Shown: positions 47,672 to 57,943 of the stretch, one piece after another | How the letters are laid out: every line of letters begins with the position of its first letter | How positions within the stretch are numbered: position 1 is the first letter of the stretch | From: an uncultured delta proteobacterium | Lineage (GTDB): Bacteria; Desulfobacterota; RBG-13-43-22 | Reading direction: 5' to 3' | Length of the DNA: 64,000 nucleotides | Assembly (NCBI GenBank): GCA_963743305.1 | Contig: CAVUPH010000020.1 | Span: 64,001 to 128,000, forward strand | Program-made: the position numbers and the translations under genes | The notes under the pieces: model-generated | What the model saw: only the letters and a program-made list of their open reading frames with translations | What the model was told of the DNA's origin: nothing | Database searches by the model: none

Positions 47672-47815
47672 ATGGAAACCGTTTCCCTGAGCAATGACCC
47701 TAAGTTTATTGCCCTAATTGAACGCTCCCGCGCTAGACAAGAAGAAGAGGGGGGAATTTCCATCCAGGAAATGTGGCGACGGCTGGAAAGGCCAAAAGAT
47801 TTAAAACGGCCATAA
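47672..47815 (+). pseudogene. Probable antitoxin C-terminal fragment
   Basis: METVSLSNDPKFIALIERSRARQEEEGGISIQEMWRRL; begins just after a partial family B repeat (47609-47635). Confidence 0.4.
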
Positions 47816-48795
47816 CAAAAGAAGTTCCCGGCCGGATACTTTTGTGGATGAGGATCCCCTGGCCTGGGAGATTAAACGCCAGGGCCTACCGATTTCATTG
47901 GAAGGATGAGAAATGGTGCGGGTCCCGGGCGATTACCTCAGGATCGCCTCGATGACTCGGCAGATGGTTTAGGATTGTTTTAAATTTTTGCGGCAAGTTG
48001 GGCTACGCGAAGAACGGTATCTCGGTCCCGTCCCCGCTTTACTTTTTTGAAGTGCCTGAGTAGGGCAAGTTGTTCGGTCGGCAAACTGTCCGGCTGGTTC
48101 ATAAGAGGCCGTGTAGACTCCGGTTCAAAAAATTTTTACCTAGGTTACCGGGATACAAATCCAATTGGATCCCCGGTTGCGCGGCGGAAACGATGTGTGT
48201 AGTTTTCGATGAGAAATTTAGACATGCAACACCGAGAGAGTTCAACGGGAAGGCCAAGGACCTCGGTTTTTTTGCATATTTAGACAGCTAAGTTCTGAAT
48301 TTTATTCCCAAGCCTATGAGCGCCGTAAGGGCATTTGAAGCCGATTGATAAAAGAGGTTCGTGAAATCTTTGCCCAACAAAAATCATCTGCTCTTGCTTA
48401 ATAAAGGGGCTGAAGCCCAGATTCGAGCGCAGAAAGGATATGTAAAGGCAATATTTCGATAAATTGGAAGATGACTCTTGGCCATCCCAATGTCTTATTA
48501 TTATTGGACTGGCAAAGGCCTGTAATTTAATCAAGTGAAATTTAATTTTGAAATCTCTTTCCTCAGTGGCTAAACAAATCCAAGGGTGGCTGTGCCACCG
48601 GAGGGGCAAAGCCCTGTCCCAACGGTACCCTTTAGACGTCTTTCAAAATTCCTTACCGTATCATTGGGGTGAAGGGCCGAGCCTGGCCGGCCTGCCCGCG
48701 TGGTTACCAGGGCGGCGTCCATTGCTGCGCTTCCTTTTTGCCGGAGAAGGAAGGGGATGGATCGTTTGAGGTGATCGTCCGGAAAATAGAATAGA

Positions 48796-49198
48796 TCAGG
48801 TACTCTTGAACCAGGATATCTTCAAGGGGCGAATACGGGCAATTTTTTCGAAATCCCGATCTCGATTCAGCAAAAGAGCGTCGGCTTCCATGGCGATCTG
48901 AGCGATGCAACAATCAACAGGACTGCTGATTGTCAGCCCTTTTCTCCTTAATTCAAACCAGATTCGGGCGGCCTCTCTCCAGGTATTATCCCCGGCCTCC
49001 AGGTAATATTGATCGGCCAGGTATTCGTCCAGTAGCCGCCATTCCCGCTCGTCTTTCGCTCCCTGCAGGAGTTCAAGCTGAGTGAAGCGGCAAAGTACGT
49101 CAGGACTCATCTTCGATAATAACCTGAAAAGCCTTTTTGACCTTTCCCGTTCGATCCCGCAGCAACTCGACCCAGACCGAGGTGTCTACCAGGTTCAT
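48796..49198 (-). pseudogene. vapC: VapC/PIN toxin, frameshifted near 49105
   Basis: MNLVDTSVWVE in one frame; LELLQGA...SPVDCCIAQIA...LLNRDRDF in ORF 48796-49110. Confidence 0.75.
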
Positions 49199-49400
49199 CT
49201 GTTGGTTTTCCTTAATTCCTTATGATCAAACCCCGGATAAAAAGAAATACGGCCGGACAAGCTCTGTCAGGTCCTTACTGTTTTTTTAACCGGATCATTT
49301 CCCGTAGTGCCTCATGAATTAAGTCCTTTTTGGTTTTAGCCCGGCTGACGGAAAAGGCTTCTTTCATCAATTCATCGTCGATCACGATATTGGTTCGCAT
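49195..49400 (-). pseudogene. vapB: VapB antitoxin, frameshifted near 49250-49280
   Basis: MRTNIVIDDELMKEAF.VS..KTKKDLIHEAL; C-terminus KDLTEL/GRISFYPGFDHKELR in shifted frames; ATGA overlap with vapC. Confidence 0.75.
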
Positions 49401-49554
49401 CGCAAAATCATCTCCTTTTATGTGTATTTAATACACATTCTAATAAGCCTGAAATGAACGATCAAGATAATATTCACATGGGTGAGAAAACAGAAACGGG
49501 CTTTAGGCCGAATTGATTCCGAGACAAAGGTCTGAGGGCATCGGAGGGCCAAGT

Positions 49555-50788
49555 TTAAAGGCCGGTCCGGTTTAAGGCTCGAAAATAAACCTGTTCCACC
49601 CGCTCGAACACCCGGGTCCAGGAGTATTCTTCCAGGATGGGGGTCAACAGGGCCGGGTCCATTTTCGGCTCCTGCCGGACCGCTTTTATCTGATCCCGGA
49701 TGGCCGCGGCCAGACGCCCCTCAAATGAGGCTTCATCCTCCGGGTAAGGGGTGTCTAAACTTTTCAGGCGGGGCAGGTCCACCAGACGGCAATAGGACCC
49801 AGGGCAGTTCCCCCAGCACCTCCTCGATGCCGGGGAAGTTGGTCGAGACCAGTCGGCAGCCGCAGGCCAGGGCCTCCAGCAGGACCAGGGCCAGTCCTTC
49901 GTAAAAGGAAGGTAAAATCAGAAGATGGGAGCGCCGAAAGATCTCCGCCAGTTTTTCCTGGGGCAAAGGGCCGTGAACCTGGACCCGAGCTCCCAGGCTT
50001 TCCGCCAAGGAATGGGCCTCTTCTTTTTCCGGTCCAGCTCCTCCCCCAATCAGGTGCAATCTCCAGGACGGCTCGCTGATATCTGAGAGCGCCCTCAACA
50101 TCCAGGGGACTCCTTTGGCCCGGCTGAGCTTGCCGGCATAAACCATCTCGATCGGCGGGGGATGGGGTTTCGGTTCCGGTTTAAAGATTTCCTGATGGTA
50201 GCCTACTCCCACTACGGTGACCTGATCGGGAGAAAATCCATAGAGCCGGATGATCTCCCGCTTTTGTGCCTGGCTGAGGGCCATGATGCCCTCCAGACCG
50301 GCGCAACCGGATTGGACCCTTGGCTGAAGGTCACGGCATTTCTGAAACTGGCGCAGGTCGGAGCCATGGCAGGTGGTCACCACCGGGATTTGGGGAAAGG
50401 ACCTTTTGATGAGAGAAGTCAAAAGCCAGAGGTGGTGACTGTGGATGAGGTCCGGTTGAAAATCTTTGACGACTCGTTCCAAGCGGTCCGCAAAACATTT
50501 TTCATACAGTTCCAGGTCCGTGCCGGTCAGGTCGGAAAAGCGTTTGCTGGGGTAGGGCATGACGTCGCTCATGCCCACCACCGGAAAAGGGAGACGGGGG
50601 GTTTCGAAATGGACGTAGGAGCACTGGTCGCCGGTCAGACAGTCGAGCCGGGGTTGATCGTCCGAAGGGATGCCGGCCAGGAGGAAATTGTCATGCCCGG
50701 CCCGGAAGGCTTCGCGGACCATGGCCCGGACATAGATGCCGCTGCCGGTGGCTTCCGGGCGCTGGCTGAGAGCGTGGAGAATACGCAT
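49555..50788 (-). CDS. Glycosyltransferase family 4 (frameshift near 49798)
   Basis: TGSGIY, PDLIHSHHLW, TCHGSD, YAGKLSRAKG, PSFYEGL.LVLLEALACG; C-terminus YSWTRVF in ORF 49555-49782. Confidence 0.85.
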
Positions 50789-50972
50789 AAGTCCGATCAA
50801 AAACCAACATTAATAATCAATAATCAATTGTTAATTATTAATTGTTAACGGGCTGGTATGGGCTAGACTGAGGTTTTTAAACCACAACCTGCAACACTCA
50901 ACGCCCATTTACATACCAAACTTCCAAGCCCCAGGGGCCACCCTTGAAGCATAAAAATAACCGAACTATTCC

Positions 50973-51070
50973 GTCATTGCGAGGAGAGAAGCGACGAAGC
51001 CATCCCCCAAGGGGCTTAACCCCTCCCCACGAGCCCAACCAGGGGATGGCTTCGCTTTGCTCGCAATGAC
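50973..51070. repeat. Repeat family B, copy 4
   Basis: GTCATTGCGAG...GAAGCCATCCCC / GGGGATGGCTTCG...CTCGCAATGAC with a compensatory change (GCCATC/GATGGC). Confidence 0.85.
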
Positions 51071-51118
51071 AGTGGGGCGTGATTTTATTACAGCCAAAAA
51101 AATTTCATATTTTTTTGG

Positions 51119-51979
51119 TCAGACTTTCGGTTCCTTCCACCAGGGATAGAAATCCGGAAGGTCTTTGGTCGGGCTCAAGGGGAATCGGGGCGGACGTTTT
51201 TCCAGGAAGCTCTGTACGCCTTCGTAGGCATCCTTATTTTTTCCAGCCCAGAAAAATACGCGCGAATCGATCAGGTGGACCGACTGAGGATCGCCTTCGG
51301 CCAGCCCGTGCCAGAGCAGGGCCTTGCTCAACGTTACGGAAACGGCGGAGGTGTTGTCGGCTATTTCCCGGGCGATGGACAGGGCCTTCGGCAAGACCTG
51401 ATCCTGCGGCAGCACATAGTTAAAGAGGCCGGAGTGCGCCTCCTCCCGGGCCCGGAAGATCCGGCCGGTGAGTACGAGTTCGGCGGATTTGGAAATTCCC
51501 ACAATCCGGGGTAGAAACCAGGAAGAGCAGGCCTCCGGCACCACTCCCCGGCGGGCGAAGACAAACCCGATCTTGGCGTCTTCCGCTGCGATCCGGATAT
51601 CCATGGGCAGGGTCATGGTGATCCCGATGCCTACGGCCGGGCCGTGGATGGCGGCGATCACCGGTTTGCGGCATTGATAGACAGCCAGGGACACCTGTCC
51701 CCCTCCGTCGCGGTGCCGGCTGATGGGGATCTCCCGTTCTTCCCGGCGGGCCCGGTCAAAAGTCCGGCCTCCGGCCGACAGGTCGGCTCCGGCACAGAAG
51801 GCCCGGCCGGCGCCGGTCACCACCACCACCCGAACGGCGTCATCCTCATCGGCTTCCTTAAATAGATGGATCAATTCTTCCCGCATGACCGGGGTGAAGG
51901 CGTTCAATTGGTCCGGGCGATTCAGCCGGATGAGGGCGAGGCCGTCCTTAAGTTCATATTCGGTTTGTTCTAAGTTCAC
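51119..51979 (-). CDS. Crotonase / enoyl-CoA hydratase family protein
   Basis: LNRPDQLNAF, FCAGADL, AAIHGPAVGIG, RRGVVPEA, EGVQSFLEKRPP. Confidence 0.92.
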   Translation of the reverse strand: MNLEQTEYELKDGLALIRLNRPDQLNAFTPVMREELIHLFKEADEDDAVRVVVVTGAGRAFCAGADLSAGGRTFDRARREEREIPISRHRDGGGQVSLAVYQCRKPVIAAIHGPAVGIGITMTLPMDIRIAAEDAKIGFVFARRGVVPEACSSWFLPRIVGISKSAELVLTGRIFRAREEAHSGLFNYVLPQDQVLPKALSIAREIADNTSAVSVTLSKALLWHGLAEGDPQSVHLIDSRVFFWAGKNKDAYEGVQSFLEKRPPRFPLSPTKDLPDFYPWWKEPKV

Positions 51980-52219
51980 TGTGGCAATTCTCCTAAGTTT
52001 TATCGATATATGAGGCAGCGATGATTTAGCCGGGGGATCCCCGAACTGTCCTAATAAGGAGGCAACGATGAAGCAATCCGCTACCTCGGGGATCGATCTC
52101 TTCGATCAGGATGGCATCGAGGTATAATAGCCGGAAAGACTTATCCGGCAGACGGCTTCGACCCGCTGATGTGGATGGCCGCCCGAAGGCCGGCCGATCC
52201 CGTTCCCGAAACGATCAGG

Positions 52220-52831
52220 TCAGGGGCTTTCATCCCTTTCTCCGTTCCCGGGCATTTCCTTCTCCTGGTTTAACCGCGTGATGGTTTCGTCGACCAGGTG
52301 AAGCAGGGGGCCGTCTTCCCGCCAGAGTTGACAACTGTTGATCAGATAAGGCAGCCCTTGGACATCCTCTCTCGACCGCGGTCCGGGCCGGGGCTTCCGT
52401 GAATGCTCCGCCCAGAATCCATGCAGGATGGCCGGGCCCATGGCCAGGATCAGGTGGGTCAAATGCGAGCAGCCTTCCACCCCGCCCAGGCGACGGCGGA
52501 TCTGTTCGCTGAAACCGGCGGCCACCGACACCCCGACGATCTTTTGAACGGAGTCGGCTACGGTCGGACAGAGCTCATGGGGGATGTCCACCATTTCGGC
52601 TTCCGCCTCCAGGATGGCCGGCGGCCAATTCCCGACCAGGAGCCGGACCCCTATCCGGTGGACCACACCGGGAGGACGGCGGCGCCCGTCCCAATGATAC
52701 CCATCCAGCAGACGGTTATCGGTCAGCCAGCCTTCGACAATAATTTGTTGGTTTTCCAACGGAACCGTCCGGATCTCGATCTTCCGCTGATGAACGGGTG
52801 GACCCGGGATAAGATCCTTCAATCGACCCAT
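52220..52831 (-). CDS. DUF2889 family protein
   Basis: H.R.I, PH..CP, LGGVEGCSHL, LINSC..W pattern. Confidence 0.75.
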   Translation of the reverse strand: MGRLKDLIPGPPVHQRKIEIRTVPLENQQIIVEGWLTDNRLLDGYHWDGRRRPPGVVHRIGVRLLVGNWPPAILEAEAEMVDIPHELCPTVADSVQKIVGVSVAAGFSEQIRRRLGGVEGCSHLTHLILAMGPAILHGFWAEHSRKPRPGPRSREDVQGLPYLINSCQLWREDGPLLHLVDETITRLNQEKEMPGNGERDESP

Positions 52832-53114
52832 GCTGCCACTCCCTTCGAACGTTGCCTGTAGAGAATCAGAAATCCTTCCCTTATTCTCCGAGGTTATTCA
52901 TAATCTTTTAGCCTGTCAACGAAATCTGGGGAGAGGAAAGGAACTCCTGGTTGGGGTCCGATTCATTCGTGCCGCGGTTTTGGAAGCACAAGGAAGACCT
53001 AGCCAAAAGAATTATTTTTTTTGGCTGGAATAATAACCACATCCGTTGTTAAAAACAAATTCACAGAACAGTGGATGCAGGAATCGAATGCCGGGTAACT
53101 GAAGTGACCGGCAG

Positions 53115-55259
53115 TTAACGATCCAGGATTTCCCGCACTTTCATCGCCAATTGATGCGGTGAAACCGGTTTTTGGAGAAAATCGCCTCCGGTCGACGACA
53201 GCCCTCGTTCCTTGACGGTATCATCCATATACCCGGACATGAACAAGACTCTAAGAGTCGGCCGTTGCCGACGAAGCCGTTCAGCCAGCTCTTTCCCGTT
53301 GATGCCGGTCATGACCACATCCGTCAAAAGAAGATCGATAGCCTCCGGAATGGTTTGACTTTGTCTCAAGGCATCCTCCCCCGAAACGGCGGTGATCACC
53401 CGGTAGCCCAGCGGCTGAAAGGTGTCCAGGATAACCTGGCGAATGGCCGCATCGTCATCGGCCACCAGCAGGGTCTCGGTTCCTATCGGGATCTTCTTGG
53501 GTCCGAATGTCTTGGAAGCCACGGCGGTTTCCGCGGTGACCGGCAAGAGGACTTGAAAAGTGGAGCCTTTTCCGAGTTCGCTGTTGACCCTGATGAATCC
53601 GTTGTGTTGCCGGACAATGCCGTACGCCGTGGCCAGCCCCAACCCCGTGCCCTTACCCAAGCCCTTCGTGGTGAAGAAGGGCTCAAATATCCTTTCTTGG
53701 ACATCGGGGGCCATGCCCGCCCCGTTATCGGAAATGGATAAAAGGATATACCTTTCCGGGGATTCCCCTTCGGGTAAAAGATGGAAATCCGCCCCTGGAT
53801 CAAGATCGCGGGTGGAGACGATAATTTTTCCTCCCGGAGGCAGCGCGTCCCGGGCGTTGACCACCAGGTTCATCACCACCTGGCCGATCTGATCGGCGTC
53901 AGCCAGGATATTTTTCAGAGGTGATTTGGTTTTGACCTCCAGGGTCATATCCTCCCGGAGCAGTCGTTTCAGGATCTTGGCCAGGTTGTCTACTACCGAA
54001 TTCAGGCTGATCACTTTCATTTCCAGTACCTGCTTGCGGCTGAAGGCCAGCAGTTGCCGGGTGAGCGAGGCGGCTTTTTCTCCGGCTTCGTGGATAATTC
54101 TTATTTCCTCCCGGAGGGGGTGATCCTCGCTGAGTCTCAACAGGATCAGCTCGCTATAGCCGAGGATGGCCGAGAGGAGGTTGTTGAAATCGTGGGCCAC
54201 TCCTCCGGCCAGGGCCCCGATGGATTCCATCTTTTGCGCCTGCTGTAATTGCGCCTGCAAATCTTTCTGCTTTTTTTCAGACTCCTTACGGCTGGAAATA
54301 TCCCGGACGATATGAATAATTCCTACCAGGCGACCTTCCGGAGTGAGTCGAGGCAAGGCCTTGATCTCCAGGTGCTTATTCAAATGGGGTTCGAAAGACT
54401 CCACCGTTATGGCTTTACCGGTTTTCAAAACCTGACAACTGGGGCAGTCCTCCGGCGGGCAGCCGGCGCCGTGAAACAACGCATAGCATTTTTGGCGGTT
54501 CAGGTTCAGGAAAGGGGCTGCTAAAATACTTTGGGCGGCCCGATTAGCCTGAATAATGTTGAAATCCGAATCGTGGATGGTGATCGCATCGTTGATGATA
54601 TCAAAGGTCTCCTCCCATTCCTTTTTGGCGGTGGCCAATTCTAATGTCCGTTCTTCGACCGACGCCTCCAGTTGGCCGTGGTATTCCTCCAATTCATGCC
54701 GCAGGCTCATTTCAGCGATAACCCGTTTCCAGCCGAAAAAGCGCATGACCAGGGCGCTGACCAGGACGCCAACGATAAAAAAATTCGCCGTGAAGAAAAA
54801 CCTGAAATCAGTCACCGGTTCGCCGAGAACGATAGGGAGCAAATAAATTAGGTAAATCAAGAGGGCATAGGTGACATGCAGAAAGAATTTGGCTTCAATG
54901 AACCCGACGATGCAGACCCCCACCAGTATCATGCCTACATAGTAGGGGGAAGAGGGGCCTCCGGTCTTCAGAATCATTAATTCGACCGTTATGGCGGTTC
55001 CGATGACCGCCAGGTAGGCCAGGAGGTGGTGGATAATCCGGTGGTTGGTTCGGCCCGCCCCAAAAGAAATCGTTAGCAGATAGACGGCGGCAACTATTCT
55101 ATAAATGAGAAAAGTTTCGAAGTATTGGGGGAAGCTGAAGTAATCCAGGAAAGCCAAAGCGAGGAAGACCAGTCCTCCCCAGGCCGGGCCGCGCTGAAGC
55201 CAGAACTGGAAAAGACGATCGATTTCCGAGGCGGGATTGTATTTTGGAAGAGGAGCCAA
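53115..55259 (-). CDS. Hybrid sensor histidine kinase (TM - PAS - HisKA - HATPase - REC)
   Basis: N-terminal TM helices; WEETFD PAS with C..C..C; AGGVAHDFNNLL; NLVVNARDA; DNGAGM; FFTTK; GTGLGL; REC LLTDVVM. Confidence 0.93.
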   Translation of the reverse strand: MAPLPKYNPASEIDRLFQFWLQRGPAWGGLVFLALAFLDYFSFPQYFETFLIYRIVAAVYLLTISFGAGRTNHRIIHHLLAYLAVIGTAITVELMILKTGGPSSPYYVGMILVGVCIVGFIEAKFFLHVTYALLIYLIYLLPIVLGEPVTDFRFFFTANFFIVGVLVSALVMRFFGWKRVIAEMSLRHELEEYHGQLEASVEERTLELATAKKEWEETFDIINDAITIHDSDFNIIQANRAAQSILAAPFLNLNRQKCYALFHGAGCPPEDCPSCQVLKTGKAITVESFEPHLNKHLEIKALPRLTPEGRLVGIIHIVRDISSRKESEKKQKDLQAQLQQAQKMESIGALAGGVAHDFNNLLSAILGYSELILLRLSEDHPLREEIRIIHEAGEKAASLTRQLLAFSRKQVLEMKVISLNSVVDNLAKILKRLLREDMTLEVKTKSPLKNILADADQIGQVVMNLVVNARDALPPGGKIIVSTRDLDPGADFHLLPEGESPERYILLSISDNGAGMAPDVQERIFEPFFTTKGLGKGTGLGLATAYGIVRQHNGFIRVNSELGKGSTFQVLLPVTAETAVASKTFGPKKIPIGTETLLVADDDAAIRQVILDTFQPLGYRVITAVSGEDALRQSQTIPEAIDLLLTDVVMTGINGKELAERLRRQRPTLRVLFMSGYMDDTVKERGLSSTGGDFLQKPVSPHQLAMKVREILDR

Positions 55260-55835
55260 GTGAAACCCTTTTAATAGTTTTGCCGGTGGAACTTTTTGAG
55301 TCGAAAAACGAACTGACCGACTTCTTCGGGCGCCGCAAACATTATCCCCTTCTTTTCGGTATTTCTAAATAGATTCTTTAGGGGGATCTTACCCTGCGAA
55401 GGAAAACTCCGTTCTGAGGAGAGTGCCTATAGGTCAAGATTTTTGAGGATCGGGTTGATTTTTTGGATGAACTTCCGGGAGGTAACCTGCGTCGTCCGGT
55501 TGTAGCTGTTCCCGTCTTGCGGGTTATTTTGGACAACGGTGCTGAAATCAAGACCGGCTGAAAAGTTTAGACCGCACGTTCAGTAATTCTAATATTCTCA
55601 CGGTGGCCAAAAGAATTTATCTAAAGGAAAGGGTATTTGTCAAGGGAATATGATTGGAGGGGAAAAGGATATTTTTTGATAGATTTTAGAAGGCGGACTG
55701 AGAATATTTTTCCTTTAGAACAAGTCAGACTATCGGCATCTGGCATCCATTTTCCGATAGTGAAATGGCGGTCTTTGGGCCATTTCTTTAATTATCTCTT
55801 CACTCTTTTGGGTGGGGGGCTCCCCTTTCCGGCTT

Positions 55836-55895
55836 AGCCGCCGGGGTTCGGCGAAAGGGTTTCCAAATTCTTTCCGGAGCGAATCCGGGTCAAAA
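55836..55895. repeat. Repeat family D, degenerate partial copy
   Basis: GCCGCCGGGGTTCGGCGAAAGGGTTTCCAAA..TCCGGA..GAATCCGGG resembles 26387-26442. Confidence 0.65.
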
Positions 55896-55954
55896 CGCCA
55901 AGATTCGTTTTAAGGCAGACCAATATAGCCGCCAGCCCCCCCGGATCTTTCCAT

Positions 55955-55983
55955 TTGACAAAAAAGGATAGATAACCTAAGAT
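55955..55983 (+). promoter_or_regulatory. Sigma70 promoter of the ilv operon
   Basis: TTGACA-17 nt-TAAGAT. Confidence 0.7.
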
Positions 55984-56011
55984 AATTAATCAAAAAATTC
56001 AGGAGCAGCGT

Positions 56012-56254
56012 ATGGAAAAAAGGGACGAAGAATTGATCGACCAACTCCTGGCGGCGTCGGGGAATGATGATTTGCGTCGCCTCATGAAGGCTCACCGGGA
56101 ATTCGAAGCCCAGTTGCTGGAATTCAACAAGCGCCTTTATCTCTCCGATCAGGAGCAGGTGGAGCGAAAACGCCTCCAGAAGTTGAAACTGGCCGGTCGG
56201 GACCGTATCGACCAGATCCTCACCGACTATCGCCAAAAGGGGCTGGGAAGTTGA
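56012..56254 (+). CDS. DUF465/YdcH-family coiled-coil protein
   Basis: MEKRDEELI...H..FE..L...YLS..E..E.K.L.KLKLAGRDRI; AGGAG RBS; upstream of ilvB. Confidence 0.8.
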   Translation: MEKRDEELIDQLLAASGNDDLRRLMKAHREFEAQLLEFNKRLYLSDQEQVERKRLQKLKLAGRDRIDQILTDYRQKGLGS

Positions 56255-57939
56255 AATTATCGGGTGCCGAAATTCTAATCGAGAGCCTGCTTCAAGAGGG
56301 GGTGAAGATTGTCTTCGGCTACCCCGGAGCGGTGATTACCGATATTTACGATGTCCTGGAAAAGAAGCCCATCCGGCACATCCTGGTGCGTCACGAGCAG
56401 GGGGCGGTCCACATGGCCGACGGCTATGCCCGGGCCTCGGGTCAGGTGGGGGTCTGCCTGGTGACCTCCGGGCCGGGGGCGACCAACACGGTTACCGGCA
56501 TCGCCTCCGCCTATATGGACTCCATCCCCATCGTGGTTTTCACCGGACAGGTGCCGACGGAGCTCATCGGCAATGACGCCTTTCAGGAAGTGGACATCGT
56601 GGGGATCACCCGACCCTGTACCAAGCACAATTACCTGGTCAAACGGGTGGAAGACCTGGCCCGGGTGATCAAGGAGGCCTTTTTCCTGGCCCGCTCCGGT
56701 CGGCCGGGTCCGATCCTGGTGGACCTGCCCAAGGATGTGCTTAAGGCCATCACCGAGTTTAAATACCCGAAAAAAGTCGAAATGAAAAGCTATCGCCCCA
56801 CCTACAACGCTCACCCGGGGCAGATCGAGAAAGCGGCCGCCGCACTGCAGAAGGCCAGGAAACCGGTGATCTATGCCGGCGGCGGGGCGCTCTCTTCCCG
56901 TTGCTCCCCGGAGATCCAGACCCTGGCCGAAACCCTGTCCATCCCGGTGACCTCGACCCTGATGGGGCTGGGTTGCTTCCCCGGAAGGCATCCGCTCTCC
57001 CTGGGGATGCTGGGCATGCACGGGACCTATTGGGCCAACATGGCCGTCGGTCATTGCGACCTGCTAATCGCGGTGGGCGCCCGTTTCGACGACCGGGTGA
57101 CGGGCAATGTGGACCGGTTTGCGCCCGAGGCGCGCATCATTCACATCGATATCGATCCCACCTCCATCCGGAAAAGCGTGAAAGTGGAAATCCCGATCGT
57201 GGGCGATTGCAAGGACGCCCTGACCAAACTAAACCATCGGGTCCGGCAGTGGCCCGAACAGGATTGGAACGAGTTTCGCCTCCCCTGGCTTGAGGAGATC
57301 CGGGAGTGGAAGGCCTCTCACCCGCTGACCTACCGGCAGGAGGGGGAGGAAATAAAGCCGCAGTTTGTCGTGGAAAAGATCTACGAGGTCACCAGGGGCC
57401 AGGCCATCATCACCACCGAGGTCGGCCAGAACCAGATGTGGGCCGCCCAGTTTTACCACTTTGACCGCCCGAACTCTTTTATCACCTCCGGAGGATTGGG
57501 GGTCATGGGTTTTGGGTTCCCGGCGGCCATCGGGGCCCAAATCGCCTGTCCGGAGCGCATGGTTATCGACATCGCCGGCGACGGCAGCATCCAGATGAAC
57601 ATCCAGGAGCTGGCCACGGCCGTGGCCAACAACGTCCCGGTCAAGATCGCCATCCTGAACAATGGCTATCTGGGCATGGTCCGGCAGGTGCAGGAACTGT
57701 TCTATGGAAAACGCTATGCGCAAACGGCCCTGAAAGGCAACCCGGATTTCGTTAAGCTGGCCGAAGCCTACGGGGCAGTGGGGCTCCGGGCCACGCGGCC
57801 GGAAGAAGTGGTCCCGGTCATCAAAAAAGCCCTGTCGATCCCCAAGCTGGTGATCATGGACTTTGTGGTTTGTTCCGAGGAATGCGTTTCCCCCATGGTG
57901 CCGTCCGGGGCGGCTATGACGGAAATGCTCTTGGTGTAA
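56251..57939 (+). CDS. ilvB: Acetolactate synthase large subunit
   Basis: FGYPG, RHEQGAVHMADGYAR, TSGPGATN, GMLGMHG, GDGSIQMN...LNN.YLGMVRQ. Confidence 0.97.
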   Translation: MKLSGAEILIESLLQEGVKIVFGYPGAVITDIYDVLEKKPIRHILVRHEQGAVHMADGYARASGQVGVCLVTSGPGATNTVTGIASAYMDSIPIVVFTGQVPTELIGNDAFQEVDIVGITRPCTKHNYLVKRVEDLARVIKEAFFLARSGRPGPILVDLPKDVLKAITEFKYPKKVEMKSYRPTYNAHPGQIEKAAAALQKARKPVIYAGGGALSSRCSPEIQTLAETLSIPVTSTLMGLGCFPGRHPLSLGMLGMHGTYWANMAVGHCDLLIAVGARFDDRVTGNVDRFAPEARIIHIDIDPTSIRKSVKVEIPIVGDCKDALTKLNHRVRQWPEQDWNEFRLPWLEEIREWKASHPLTYRQEGEEIKPQFVVEKIYEVTRGQAIITTEVGQNQMWAAQFYHFDRPNSFITSGGLGVMGFGFPAAIGAQIACPERMVIDIAGDGSIQMNIQELATAVANNVPVKIAILNNGYLGMVRQVQELFYGKRYAQTALKGNPDFVKLAEAYGAVGLRATRPEEVVPVIKKALSIPKLVIMDFVVCSEECVSPMVPSGAAMTEMLLV

Positions 57940-57943
57940 CGGT

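Noticed and set aside
55260-55950. Riboswitch (c-di-GMP, T-box) or leader-peptide attenuator upstream of the kinase and ilv genes
   Set aside because: I could not find the consensus motifs or an Ile/Leu/Val-rich leader, and the ilv promoter lies under 30 nt from the first start.
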